NCBI GenBank assembly: GCA_963790305.1
Contig: CAWBOC010000009.1
Location: forward strand, 192,001-256,000
Source of the DNA: an uncultured Gemmatimonadaceae bacterium
Lineage (GTDB): Bacteria; Gemmatimonadota; Gemmatimonadetes; Gemmatimonadales; Gemmatimonadaceae
DNA: 64,000 nucleotides
Direction: 5' to 3'
Below the pieces are notes generated by a model. That model was given only the letters and a program-made list of their open reading frames with translations. It made no database searches and had not been told where the DNA came from. Below, in pieces: positions 19,206 through 28,693 of this stretch. Positions within the stretch are counted from its first letter, which is position 1. Every line of letters starts with the position of its first letter. The position numbers and the translations under genes are program-made.

Positions 19206-19846
19206 CGCTGCGTCGACTTGTAGAGGGTAACGTTGCCCTGCCCAATGCGGACGTCGGCAACGAACGTGGGCACCTCGAGTGGGAGACCGTCCTCCGCCAG
19301 TCCCGCGGGCCGCGTGCCGCGCGCGACGCGCTGCAACAGCCGCGGAATCATGCGCGACGGCACGGACAGCTCACGCAGCCGCAACACCTTCACGCGATAC
19401 TGCGCAAGACCGGGACGCACCAGCTCGAGAGTCCCGCCGAACTCGACCGGCTCGCGATCGCCGAGCATGGCAGCAAGAGGCCCGAGCGAGCCCGCTCCGC
19501 CGAAGTCGCTGACCTTCACCAAGGCGCGCACGTGCAGGCGGTCATCGATGACGGCGGCCTCCAGCTCCTGCGCCGACGGCGGCAGCTGCTTCGACAGCTC
19601 GTCGAAGATATACGCGGCGAGATCGGCGCCGCCGATGTTGGTGAACACGGGACCTGAGGGGCGAGACAACAGCTGGACGGACGTGCGCGCGCGCTCCGCG
19701 CCCTCCGGCGTGAGCCGCTCCCACACCGGCGCCGTCGATGTGGCCTCGGCGGCGCCGCGCGGTCGCTCCAGATACAGCCAGAGGAAGACCGCGCCGCCGG
19801 CGAGAAACACCAGGACGAGAAAGCCGAGCCGTCGCATACACCCCAT
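19202..19846 (-). CDS. Hypothetical protein with N-terminal membrane anchor
   Basis: Single N-terminal TM segment; tightly coupled to its neighbours. Confidence 0.7.
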   Translation of the reverse strand: MGCMRRLGFLVLVFLAGGAVFLWLYLERPRGAAEATSTAPVWERLTPEGAERARTSVQLLSRPSGPVFTNIGGADLAAYIFDELSKQLPPSAQELEAAVIDDRLHVRALVKVSDFGGAGSLGPLAAMLGDREPVEFGGTLELVRPGLAQYRVKVLRLRELSVPSRMIPRLLQRVARGTRPAGLAEDGLPLEVPTFVADVRIGQGNVTLYKSTQR

Positions 19847-20422
19847 TTACGAGTGGCCGAGCGGAACTGCGGCGAGCACGGTGTAGCGGGGCCCTGCCGA
19901 CGACAGCTCGCTTTGCATCACATCGATACTCCGCGCATCGATCGTACCCCGATACCGGACGTTTGTCGCAAGCCTCGCCATCGCTGCCACCTGCTCGGCA
20001 CTGACGTCACGCTTCACGCGCCCGAGCGTGATGTGGGGCCGGAACGCGCGCGCCTCCACCTCGTGTCCGAGGGCCTCGCAAGCGACTTCGAGATCGTGAT
20101 GGAGCAGCTCGAGCTTGGGATCAGCCCCGATCCCGATCCAGAAGATGCGTGGCGCGCGAAGATGCGGGAACGCTCCCACACCCCCCACGTCCAGACGCAG
20201 AGGTTGAAAGCGGCGCGCGACCCCGGCGAGCGCGTCACGGACTTTCGCCACATCCTCCGGCTGCTGCTCGCCGAGAAACTTCATCGTGAGGTGAATGCAG
20301 TCCGGAGCCACCCACGTGACGGAGCTCGCCGCGGCGCGAAGGGGCGCCGTCGACTCGTGGATTGCCAGTCGTTCCGATGCGGGAAGATTAATCGCGATGA
20401 AGAGCCGCACGGCCGGCGTCAT
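19847..20422 (-). CDS. thpR: RNA 2',3'-cyclic phosphodiesterase (2H phosphoesterase)
   Basis: RLFIAI, two HxT motifs (HLTMKFLG, FRPHITLGR), QSELSSAGPRY. Start approximate. Confidence 0.9.
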   Translation of the reverse strand: MTPAVRLFIAINLPASERLAIHESTAPLRAAASSVTWVAPDCIHLTMKFLGEQQPEDVAKVRDALAGVARRFQPLRLDVGGVGAFPHLRAPRIFWIGIGADPKLELLHHDLEVACEALGHEVEARAFRPHITLGRVKRDVSAEQVAAMARLATNVRYRGTIDARSIDVMQSELSSAGPRYTVLAAVPLGHS

Positions 20423-20609
20423 CGACGACCTCGAGCGCAAGGTGCGTAAACCCGTTGCGCTCGGCAGCATCTACCGCGAGAAAGCGAAGCTCGTCGTCGC
20501 CCAGTCCAGCGTCCGTGTCCATTCTCAACACCGCCAGCGAACCGCGCACCTCGACGATTCCATGAAGGCCGATCTCCGCCAGCGCGCGTTCGAGATTTTC
20601 CACGTTCAT
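20388..20609 (-). CDS. Small hypothetical protein
   Basis: ATG overlaps the larE stop; ends GFTHLALEV, which resembles the LarE C-terminal GF..VAIDL segment. Confidence 0.6.
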   Translation of the reverse strand: MNVENLERALAEIGLHGIVEVRGSLAVLRMDTDAGLGDDELRFLAVDAAERNGFTHLALEVVDDAGRAALHRD

Positions 20610-21460
20610 GCGGCGGTCACCTCTTGGAGAATGTTGAGAGAGCCCGACCGGAAGCCGCGCAAGTCGATCGCGACGCGAGCGAATCCCGCGGCGCGAATCG
20701 CGGCGGTGATCATGCGCATGGGAATTGGACTCAGCCAGAGGGCGAGCATCTCGCGGGAGAGCTCGACGCGCGCGAGATCGCCATGGTGCCGCACGCGCAG
20801 ATCTCCGCCGAGGCCGAGGTCACGAAGTGCACGCTCGGCGTGCTCGACCTGTCGCAAGCGCTCGGCCGTCACCGACAGGCCGTACTGAAGACGCGAGGAA
20901 AGACACGGCGACGACGGCTGCGACCAGGTGGGCAACCCACGAGCGCGCGACCGCTCGCGAATGTCGCGTTTGGTCATCCCTACTTCCACCAGCGGGGAGC
21001 GCACGCCGTGCTCACGGGCCGCCTGCATGCCGGGACGATGCCCGCCAATGTCGTCGGCGTTGGTCCCATCGATGATCACATCGAGTCCGCGCTCGCGTGC
21101 CACCGGCGCGAGCTTACCCCACAGCTCGGTCTTGCAGAAGTAGCAACGATTCGACGGATTGGCGACGTAGCGCGGATCGTCCATCTCGTCGGTGTCGACC
21201 TCCAGGACTGGCAAGCCGACGTGCGCCGCGACATCGCGCGCAACGCGCCATTGTTCTTCCGGGTACGACGCGGACCGCCCGATGACGGCAAGCACACGAT
21301 TCGGTCCGAGCGCTTCGTGGGCGACGCTCGCGAGGTACGCGGAATCGACACCGCCGCTGAAGCCGAGGAGAACAGACCCGCAATCACGAAGCCACGCCAC
21401 CAGCGCGCGCTCCTTTTCCTCGGCCAACGACGTCGCAGGGATCGCGCGGGGGTCGGTCAT
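20606..21460 (-). CDS. larE: ATP-dependent sulfur transferase LarE family
   Basis: PP-loop FSGGVDS, NRCYFCK, DGTNADD, RPGMQAARE, SSPCLSSR, GFRSGSLN. Confidence 0.92.
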   Translation of the reverse strand: MTDPRAIPATSLAEEKERALVAWLRDCGSVLLGFSGGVDSAYLASVAHEALGPNRVLAVIGRSASYPEEQWRVARDVAAHVGLPVLEVDTDEMDDPRYVANPSNRCYFCKTELWGKLAPVARERGLDVIIDGTNADDIGGHRPGMQAAREHGVRSPLVEVGMTKRDIRERSRARGLPTWSQPSSPCLSSRLQYGLSVTAERLRQVEHAERALRDLGLGGDLRVRHHGDLARVELSREMLALWLSPIPMRMITAAIRAAGFARVAIDLRGFRSGSLNILQEVTAA

Positions 21461-21510
21461 GCTTCAACGTAACCGAGCCCCCGCGGCCTGGGGAGGGCGC
21501 TGCCGGACCT

Positions 21511-22011
21511 CTACCGCAGTCGAGCGCGCGTTTCGTGATCGAGCAGCCAGCGCTTGCGATCGATGCCCCCGCCGAAGCCTGTCAGCGATCCGTCAGCGCC
21601 GATCACGCGATGGCACGGCACGATGATCATCAACGGGTTACGGCCGTTTGCGGCACCCACCGCGCGCACGGCCTTGGGCTGGTCGATGCGACGCGCGAGC
21701 TCGGCGTAGCTGATCGTCTCGCCAAAAGGGATCGTCTTCAACGATCCCCACACGCGCTGCTGGAAGTCCGTGCCGCGCGGCTCGAGCGGCAGATCGAAAT
21801 CCGTGAGACGCATGTCGAAGTATGCGTCGAGCTGCTCGCGGGCCGCGGCGAGCACGGAATCGGCGTCCGCGGGGACGCTCTCGCCATTCATGTCACTCTC
21901 GCGGGCGATGAGCAGCTGCGTTAGCGCGCTTCCATTACTGGTGAGGGTGAGCATCCCGATGGGACTGGTGACGCGGGTGCTCAGAAGGGTCTCAGTCATC
22001 GTAGCGATCAT
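21511..22011 (-). CDS. ogt: Methylated-DNA--protein-cysteine methyltransferase
   Basis: SPIG.L, GTDFQQRVW, IPFGETISY, RAVGAANGRNP, active site PCHRV. Start approximate. Confidence 0.93.
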   Translation of the reverse strand: MIATMTETLLSTRVTSPIGMLTLTSNGSALTQLLIARESDMNGESVPADADSVLAAAREQLDAYFDMRLTDFDLPLEPRGTDFQQRVWGSLKTIPFGETISYAELARRIDQPKAVRAVGAANGRNPLMIIVPCHRVIGADGSLTGFGGGIDRKRWLLDHETRARLR

Positions 22012-22113
22012 GTCAGCGGTCTCCAGCGTGCCGCAAGAGCGCGGGTTGAGTGTGTCGAACGGGATGGAAGGTATCTCTCGGGTTCGGAGGGTGCTCGCCA
22101 TTTTCGGACGTGG

Positions 22114-23664
22114 TCATGCCGGCACCAGACTGTGCGCATCGGGCCCGTACTCTGCGACGGGGCCGAGGCGAAACCTCAGTGCTTCGGCGACGTGCGGTGC
22201 CCGGATGCTCGGATCGGCGTCCAGGTCGGCGATCGTCCGCGCGACGCGCAGCGTGCGGTGGTATCCGCGCGCCGTCAGCGCACCGCGGTCGGCCGCTTTC
22301 ACGAGAAGACGGTGTCCGTCGGCAGCGAGCCCTCCTCGTGCGTCGAGCCAGCGGCCGGGAGCCCGCGCGTTGCACTCGACGTGGGAGAGCGGCCTGTACC
22401 GCGTGCGCTGGACGAGCCGTGCCGCATCAACGCGGTGGCGCACATCGCGCGAGCGCTCCGAGCTGCGCGCAGCAGCGAGAGCTCCGACGGCGACGGCACG
22501 GACCTCCACCCGGATGTCGATCCGATCGATCAGCGGTCCGGAGAGACGCGCGCGATAGCGCGTGATGTCGCCTGCTGCGCACACGCACGCGCGATTCACG
22601 TCTCCGGCGTATCCACAGGGACAGGGATTCATCGCGCCCACGAGCAGAAATCGCGCTGGAAACGTCACGGAATGCGCAGCCCTCGCGATCACGACCCGTC
22701 CGTCCTCGAGTGGTTGGCGCAGGGCTTCGAGTACGTGACGCCGAAACTCGAGCACTTCATCGAGAAAGAGCACGCCGTGGTGGGCGAGACTCACCTCGCC
22801 AGGCCGCGGTGGATTTCCGCCGCCGATGAGGCCTGCATCGGAGATCGTATGGTGCGGCGCACGAAAGGGGCCGCGCCTGACGAGAGCACACCCCCCCGCC
22901 AGCATCCCGGCGACGGAGTGCACGGCTGTGACCTCGAGCGCCTCGCGTTCACTGAGCGCGGGCAGGATGCCGGGAAGGCGGCGGGCAAGCATGGTCTTGC
23001 CCGCTCCCGGCGGGCCGGTGAGCAGCGCGTTGTGTCCGCCAGCCGCGGCGACTTCGAGCGCGCGCTTCGCGGTGTCCTGTCCCGCGACATCGCTCAAGTC
23101 GTCCACGTCGTCAGGAATCGTCAGGCGCGCCGGTGGTGGCGTGTGGGGAAGCGCGCCTTCACGCAGCTGGCTGACGAGCTCATGGAGCGTGATCGGCGCC
23201 GAGAGGGAGACGCCGCCAACGAGGCCTGCCTCGGCGACGTTCGTCGGCGGTACGATCAGGACCTTCTGGCGGGTCCCCCTCGCGAGCATGGCGACGGGAA
23301 GCGCCCCCCGCACAGCGCGCAGCGTTCCATCGAGCCCGAGCTCACCGACCGCCATTACGCCGTCGAGGCAAGCGGCCGCCAACTGTCCGGTGGAGACGAG
23401 GATGCCTAACGCGATGGGAAGGTCGAAGCCCGTGCCATCTTTTTTCGTATCGGCCGGGGCAAGATTGACTGTAATGCGACGTGGGGGAAGCGCGAAGCCC
23501 GCATTGGCGAGCGCGGCTCCCACGCGTTCTCGGCTCTCCTTCACCGCACCCGCAGGCAGGCCAACGATCGCGAACTGAGGAAGTCCGGGAGCGGCGTCGA
23601 CCTCGACGGTGACGGCGTAGGCCTCGATCCCTATCAGCGCGGCGGAGCGGACGGCGGCAAGCAC
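22114..23664 (-). CDS. comM: YifB/ComM family Mg-chelatase-like AAA+ ATPase
   Basis: IVGLP..AVKESRERV, ITVNLAPA, GPPGAGKT, PFRAPHH, PGEVSLAHHGVLFLDE, AMNPCPCG, LSGPLIDRID. GTG at 23664 with an AGGAG RBS. Confidence 0.92.
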   Translation of the reverse strand: MLAAVRSAALIGIEAYAVTVEVDAAPGLPQFAIVGLPAGAVKESRERVGAALANAGFALPPRRITVNLAPADTKKDGTGFDLPIALGILVSTGQLAAACLDGVMAVGELGLDGTLRAVRGALPVAMLARGTRQKVLIVPPTNVAEAGLVGGVSLSAPITLHELVSQLREGALPHTPPPARLTIPDDVDDLSDVAGQDTAKRALEVAAAGGHNALLTGPPGAGKTMLARRLPGILPALSEREALEVTAVHSVAGMLAGGCALVRRGPFRAPHHTISDAGLIGGGNPPRPGEVSLAHHGVLFLDEVLEFRRHVLEALRQPLEDGRVVIARAAHSVTFPARFLLVGAMNPCPCGYAGDVNRACVCAAGDITRYRARLSGPLIDRIDIRVEVRAVAVGALAAARSSERSRDVRHRVDAARLVQRTRYRPLSHVECNARAPGRWLDARGGLAADGHRLLVKAADRGALTARGYHRTLRVARTIADLDADPSIRAPHVAEALRFRLGPVAEYGPDAHSLVPA

Positions 23665-23794
23665 GCTCCTACAGTGTCGCGCCCTCCCGTGACGGTCTTC
23701 ATCGGATCGACGCCGGGAGTTGCAGCGCTCCGCAGGGGTGTGCCATCGTTGCGCCACCAGGTACCCGCTTACCCCATCCGTGCGAGACAGCCCC

Positions 23795-24313
23795 ATGAAA
23801 TGGCTGCTAGTGACGGTCGGCGCCCTCGTTGCGATCGTGGCAGTGGTAGCGATCGTTGGGCTCCTGCTGCCCCGCGATCACGTTGCGGCCACCACGGCGC
23901 ACCTCAAGGCGCCGCCGGACAGCGTGTGGCAGGCGGTCACGGACGTGCGCGATTATCCGCGCTGGCGGATGGGCGTGCAGTCAGTCAATGTCCTCGCGGC
24001 AGAGGGCGCCTTGCGATGGCGCGAGCACGGCAGCGATGGGGCCATCACGTTCGAGCGCTCCGAAGAGCAGCGACCCCGCCGCCTCGTCACGAGGATCGTG
24101 GACGAAACCCTTCCCTTTGGGGGAACGTGGACGTATGAGCTCACTCCCGAACCGGACGGCACGGCCCTAACGATCACCGAGCGCGGGTACGTGACCAATC
24201 CCATTTTCCGCTTCATGTCGCGGTTCGTCTTTGGTCACCACCACAGCCAGGAGGAATTTCTGCGGGCTCTCGGGCGTCGCTTCGGGCAGGAGGTCACGAC
24301 GACCCGAGCGTGA
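23795..24313 (+). CDS. SRPBCC (polyketide cyclase-like) family protein
   Basis: N-terminal TM, APPDSVWQAVTD.RDYPRWR, PFGGTWTYEL, TITERG. Confidence 0.8.
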   Translation: MKWLLVTVGALVAIVAVVAIVGLLLPRDHVAATTAHLKAPPDSVWQAVTDVRDYPRWRMGVQSVNVLAAEGALRWREHGSDGAITFERSEEQRPRRLVTRIVDETLPFGGTWTYELTPEPDGTALTITERGYVTNPIFRFMSRFVFGHHHSQEEFLRALGRRFGQEVTTTRA

Positions 24314-24324
24314 CGCTCCGGAGG

Positions 24325-24780
24325 CTATCGCGGGCGCTCGGTCAGCCCGGATCCCGCCGGGTTGGCGCTCGTGACCGCGATCGGGATGGACACGTCGCGG
24401 TCGAGCGCCAGCGGGATGATCCAGCGAAGGTTGTCTATCACGTTAGGCGGGAGCACATCGACCCGTGCCAGGAACACGGGCTGATCCTCAGCGGTTCTCG
24501 CGCGGCGCGCCGCGTCATCGAATGCGCGAACGGCGCGGAGGCGATACTCGGGATCACGCCAGACGAGGAATTCCTCCCACGCCTCGACGTCCACGCCCGC
24601 TTCCTCGCGGACCTCGCGACGCGCGGCCTCCAGAAGATCTTCGCCGTCATGCACCTTGCCGCCGAGCGCGTTGACGCGTCCCGCCTGCCACGCCGGCCGC
24701 GTCTTTCGCACCAGGACGATTTCCCGCCCGTCAGCGGTGAAGAGCAACGCCAGCACGTAGTCGAGCGCGCGGCTCGCCAC
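24325..24780 (-). CDS. NUDIX hydrolase
   Basis: Nudix box GGKVHDGEDLLEAARREVREEAGV. Confidence 0.88.
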   Translation of the reverse strand: MASRALDYVLALLFTADGREIVLVRKTRPAWQAGRVNALGGKVHDGEDLLEAARREVREEAGVDVEAWEEFLVWRDPEYRLRAVRAFDDAARRARTAEDQPVFLARVDVLPPNVIDNLRWIIPLALDRDVSIPIAVTSANPAGSGLTERPR

Positions 24781-24781
24781 G

Positions 24782-26989
24782 CTAGAACCCGACGGTCGCC
24801 GTGAGGAAGATGGCGCGCGGCGCGGTCACGAAATAATACGGGGTCGTCCCGTCGGTATAGCCGGCCGCATAGAATCGCGCGCTGCCCACGTTCATCACGT
24901 ACAGCGCGACCTCGTGACGCCCGCTCCGCCACGCGAGCCCAGCGTCCGCCAGGTACGCCAATGGCGTCATGAACGCGCGATCGCCCGTGTTCGCCAGGAA
25001 GCTCCGCCCGACGTAGCGACCGGTGACGGACATGGAAAGGACAGGCGTCATCTGCCAGTCGAGCGCGTGATTGAGCAGGACCGCCGGGGTGAGCAACGGC
25101 TCCACATCTCGATATGTGGTACCGGTCGCGTCGTCCCGGTACTCGGCGATGCGGTTGCGGCTGATCGTGGCATTCGCCGACGCGGCGAGCGCGGGCAACG
25201 GACGCCAGGTCACGTCTGCCTCGAGGCCGCGACGATACGACGAGCGGACGTTCTTGCGCAGGGGAAGTCCGATGTAGCTGAGCTCCCCCACTGGGGTGAT
25301 CTCGTTGCGAAATCGCATGTCGAACACGTTCAGGTTCGCCAACAGCGACGTCGTTCGCCAGCGGACGCCAGCCTCGCTGTCGTAGACGCGCTCGGGGCGC
25401 ACGCGCGACAGGGAACCAACGAAATCAATGTTGGTCGTGTCCACATCATCGAAGCCCGCGAACATGTCGTTGCGGGTGGGCTCACGGCCGTTCGACCCGT
25501 AGGACGCATAGAGCGTCGCTTGCCGCGAAAGCTCCCAGGTGATTCCTGCCTTGGGGTTCAGGAACGTCCAGGCAATGCTTCTGCCACCCACGCCGGACCC
25601 CGCGGAGGGCACGTACTCGAACTCCGGGTGCCGCAGCTGAACGTCGCCGTAGAGCGTCGCATCCCCGAGTGCGAGCACGGCTTTCGCGAACGCACTCTGC
25701 TCGCGCTTTCGGCCGGTGTTGTGATAGACGAGTGACTCCAGCGCGGGCCGGATGGCGAGAGAGTGGTCGCGATGGTACGCGCTCGCGTGGGCGCCAATGT
25801 CGAGATCGAACGCTCCTCTGCGCGCGCTCCAGGTGGCGAGCGCGCCAGTCACTCGCGAGGCGAGCTGGAAGTTGTAGAGGTCGGGCGCGATGCGGACGTC
25901 GTAGTCGCCGCCCGCCCAGATCGTGTACGCGGTGGCCTGCATCGCGGCCTGTTCGCCAAGCACGCGGGTCCAGGATGCACTGGCGAAATGCTGCTGGAAG
26001 TCGTCGCGCTCATCCTCGCCCAGCGGGTTGGCACGTGGGTCCTGTTCGAGATCCGCGAGCGGGACCGCCAGATACGCCAGCTCGTTCCGCGATCGGCCAC
26101 CGAACGCGGTGATCTTCACGATGTCGCGGGCGCCGAAATAGGCACCGTTGGTGAAGTACGATTGGCCCGTGTTCCCCGAGTGATGACGATAGCCCTCCGT
26201 GCAATGTGCGGAGGCGCGCACGTACATCGCGAATCGGTCATTCACCCGTCCCGACATCCACTCCGCGCTTCCGCGCGTCGTGCCGAACGAGCCACGTCCG
26301 AGCTGAACCTCGCCGCCACGCTCGGCACTGGCGAGAGCCATCGACTGAAAGTTGATGGCCCCCGCGTACGCCGCGGTGCCGTAAGAGCTCGTACCGACTC
26401 CCCGCTGGATCTGCACCGATTCGAGACTGTTGCCGAAATCGGGAAAGTTCGAGAAGTACACGAACTGGTCCTCGGGATCGTTCAGCGGTACTCCGTCGAG
26501 CGTGATGTTCACCCGAGTGTGGTCTATTCCGCGGAGACGCAGATACGTGTAGTTGGAAAAGCCTCCGGCCTCCGCGTACGACGTCACCGATGGCTGACCG
26601 GTGAGTAGGAGCGGAACGTCCTGCCCCACGTAGCGTCGCTCGACCTCCTCCCGATCCATCGTCCGCTGCGGAATCGGCGCGGCAGCGTCGCCGCGCAGCG
26701 CGGTCACGGTCACGCGCTCGAGGGAGGGCGCCGCGGGCTCGAGCTGGACAATGAGCGTGGTGTCGCTCGCGATAACGTGCTCGACCGTCTGGTATCCGAC
26801 TCGCGCGAAGCGAACGCGCGCAGGTCCGGAAAGCTCGAGGGTGAAGCGGCCCGCTTCGTCGGTCTCGGTGCCGCCCTGTGCAGCGGCCGACGCTACGACG
26901 ACACCGGAGACTGGCTCTCCGGTAACGGCGTCGCGAACCTCGCCACGCACGGTGAGCAACGCGAGCAACAGTGCGAGAAGATACGACAC
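24782..26989 (-). CDS. TonB-dependent receptor (resembles the PnuC-linked vitamin receptor family)
   Basis: Carboxypeptidase-regulatory-like N-domain, plug (LRLRGID.TRVNITLDGVPLNDPE, IQRGVGTS), NPKAG, C-terminal Phe. Confidence 0.9.
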   Translation of the reverse strand: MSYLLALLLALLTVRGEVRDAVTGEPVSGVVVASAAAQGGTETDEAGRFTLELSGPARVRFARVGYQTVEHVIASDTTLIVQLEPAAPSLERVTVTALRGDAAAPIPQRTMDREEVERRYVGQDVPLLLTGQPSVTSYAEAGGFSNYTYLRLRGIDHTRVNITLDGVPLNDPEDQFVYFSNFPDFGNSLESVQIQRGVGTSSYGTAAYAGAINFQSMALASAERGGEVQLGRGSFGTTRGSAEWMSGRVNDRFAMYVRASAHCTEGYRHHSGNTGQSYFTNGAYFGARDIVKITAFGGRSRNELAYLAVPLADLEQDPRANPLGEDERDDFQQHFASASWTRVLGEQAAMQATAYTIWAGGDYDVRIAPDLYNFQLASRVTGALATWSARRGAFDLDIGAHASAYHRDHSLAIRPALESLVYHNTGRKREQSAFAKAVLALGDATLYGDVQLRHPEFEYVPSAGSGVGGRSIAWTFLNPKAGITWELSRQATLYASYGSNGREPTRNDMFAGFDDVDTTNIDFVGSLSRVRPERVYDSEAGVRWRTTSLLANLNVFDMRFRNEITPVGELSYIGLPLRKNVRSSYRRGLEADVTWRPLPALAASANATISRNRIAEYRDDATGTTYRDVEPLLTPAVLLNHALDWQMTPVLSMSVTGRYVGRSFLANTGDRAFMTPLAYLADAGLAWRSGRHEVALYVMNVGSARFYAAGYTDGTTPYYFVTAPRAIFLTATVGF

Positions 26990-27097
26990 TAGAGTCGGCG
27001 GTTGTCGGAAGTGCGGCTCATCACCGCAATGGGCACGCCACCGTGGTGCGAGAAAGATAATGCTTGCGCCGTTTTCCCGAAGAGAGTGTCACCGCTC

Positions 27098-27637
27098 TCA
27101 ATGCGAGGCCGGAACAACGCGGGACTCGATCGCGGCGATCGCCGCTGCCTCTCGCTCCTCCCAGATCCCGCGCACGACGACGTATTGCGCACGGTATTGC
27201 TCGAGCCGCGCCGTGAACGCGCTCTGGATCTCACGCCGCGCGTGCGGGCGATCGCGCGCCGGATCAGCTACCCATGGCACGTCGATGTCGCACAACAGAT
27301 ACAGCTCGGCGAGGCGCTCGCGCGCTGCTTCTTCTATCCACGGCGGGCATCGACCGTAATAGTGCTCGGCATACACGACGGTGCTGACGAGATCGGTATC
27401 GAGAATCGCGAGCCCTTGTGCTCGGCGAAGGGCGTCGTCCTCGCCGCGCATCTGCCCGCGCGCGATTGCTTCGACGTCCGTCGCATCCAGCGGAGCCCCC
27501 TTCCGCAGCGCGTAATCGCGCGAGAACTCCGGCGACCACACCGTCGCGAAGTGGAGCGCGAGACGCTCGGCCAGCCACGTCTTGCCGGTCGACTCCGACC
27601 CGGTGACCGTCACCCGGCGTACGCGCTCTCGGCTCAC
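27098..27637 (-). CDS. NadR-type AAA_28 ATPase / ribosylnicotinamide kinase-like
   Basis: GSESTGKT, PEFSRDY, IARGQ, ILDTD, LLCDIDVPWVADPARD. GTG overlaps the pnuC stop. Confidence 0.88.
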   Translation of the reverse strand: MSRERVRRVTVTGSESTGKTWLAERLALHFATVWSPEFSRDYALRKGAPLDATDVEAIARGQMRGEDDALRRAQGLAILDTDLVSTVVYAEHYYGRCPPWIEEAARERLAELYLLCDIDVPWVADPARDRPHARREIQSAFTARLEQYRAQYVVVRGIWEEREAAAIAAIESRVVPASH

Positions 27638-28218
27638 GCGAAGGCTGTCTGCGGCGCGGGCTGCTCGCGCAGCAATGCGCGCCACTGTCGCCACCCCACC
27701 ACGGCGAGGATGGTGAACAGGAGGTAGAGTACCGCTGTGGGCCAAAGCGATTTGTAGATGAACATCGCCACGTACGCCGCGTCGGCAACGATCCATACCA
27801 GCCAGCACTCGACGTACTTGCGCGTCATCATGTATTGCGCCACGAGGCTCGCGGCGGTGAGCGCAGAATCGGCGAGGGGAAGTGACGCGTCGGTCGCGCG
27901 GGCGAGCAGCGTCGCCAGCGCCGCGGTACCGCCCGCGAAGGCGAGACCCAACAGGACTATTTCACGCGTGGGTACTCGAGAGACGCGCAGGGTGCCGCGG
28001 TTCGCCCCCCCGTGAAGCCAATGCCACCATCCGTACGCCGCGAGCACGATGTACACGGCTTGAAGCCCCATGTCCGCATAGAGCTTCGCTTCGTAGAAGA
28101 CGAAGATGTAGAGGGTGACATTGATGATGCCCAGCGGCCAGTTCCAGACGTTCTGGCGGGCACTGAGGTAGACCGACGCAACTCCGAACAGGGCCGCAGT
28201 GACTTCGATCGGATCCAT
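27634..28218 (-). CDS. pnuC: PnuC-family vitamin (nicotinamide riboside-type) transporter
   Basis: NVWNWPLG, LYADMGLQ, YGWWHW, DSALTAASLVAQYMMTRKYVECWLVWIVAD, GWRQW. Confidence 0.93.
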   Translation of the reverse strand: MDPIEVTAALFGVASVYLSARQNVWNWPLGIINVTLYIFVFYEAKLYADMGLQAVYIVLAAYGWWHWLHGGANRGTLRVSRVPTREIVLLGLAFAGGTAALATLLARATDASLPLADSALTAASLVAQYMMTRKYVECWLVWIVADAAYVAMFIYKSLWPTAVLYLLFTILAVVGWRQWRALLREQPAPQTAFA

Positions 28219-28272
28219 CCCGGAATGATACGTCGAAGCACGCGCTTCGGAGCCGAACGACAGAAACGCCCG

Positions 28273-28331
28273 AGGTCAGAAATCAGATTTCAGACAAACG
28301 ATCTGAAATCTGAGTTTCCGTGTGTTGACCT
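28273..28331. repeat. Inverted tandem 7-mer repeat hairpin (TCAGANN against TCTGA)
   Basis: tcagaaa-tcagatt-tcagaca … tctgaaa-tctgagt. Perfect 12-bp TCAGATTTCAGA/TCTGAAATCTGA plus outer AGGTCA/TGACCT. Confidence 0.75.
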
Positions 28332-28347
28332 TCGACGGCTGTGACTT

Positions 28348-28632
28348 TTAGACGTTGCCGTGCGGGAGTCTCTTTCTGACGTCTCCAGCCCCGCGCGCCA
28401 CTCCGAATCCAACCGCCAGCCCGAACAGCAGCGCCGAGCCCGCGCCTACGAAGGGAACGATCCAGACGATGGGCGCTGCGACCGCGAGGGCAATCCCGCC
28501 AGCAATGAACGGCGCCGCCGGCGAGTGGACCGCATCGACGAACTGAAGACGGCGCCGCACGTACAGGCGCGATTGAATGAACGCGAAGGCCGAAACGACG
28601 ACCGCGCCGACGGTTGCGAGTAGCTCGATCAC
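28348..28632 (-). CDS. Small hypothetical membrane protein
   Basis: GTG at 28632 with an AAGGAG RBS; three hydrophobic segments. Confidence 0.7.
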   Translation of the reverse strand: MIELLATVGAVVVSAFAFIQSRLYVRRRLQFVDAVHSPAAPFIAGGIALAVAAPIVWIVPFVGAGSALLFGLAVGFGVARGAGDVRKRLPHGNV

Positions 28633-28693
28633 GGGGGGACTCCTTGAAAAACGTTGAACCTGCTGACCGTACGCTCGCCGGTGCCTTCTCGTT

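Noticed and set aside
26990..28340. TPP riboswitch ahead of pnuC or the TonB receptor
   Set aside because: The conserved CUGAGA core and the downstream TPP motif are absent from both intergenic regions.
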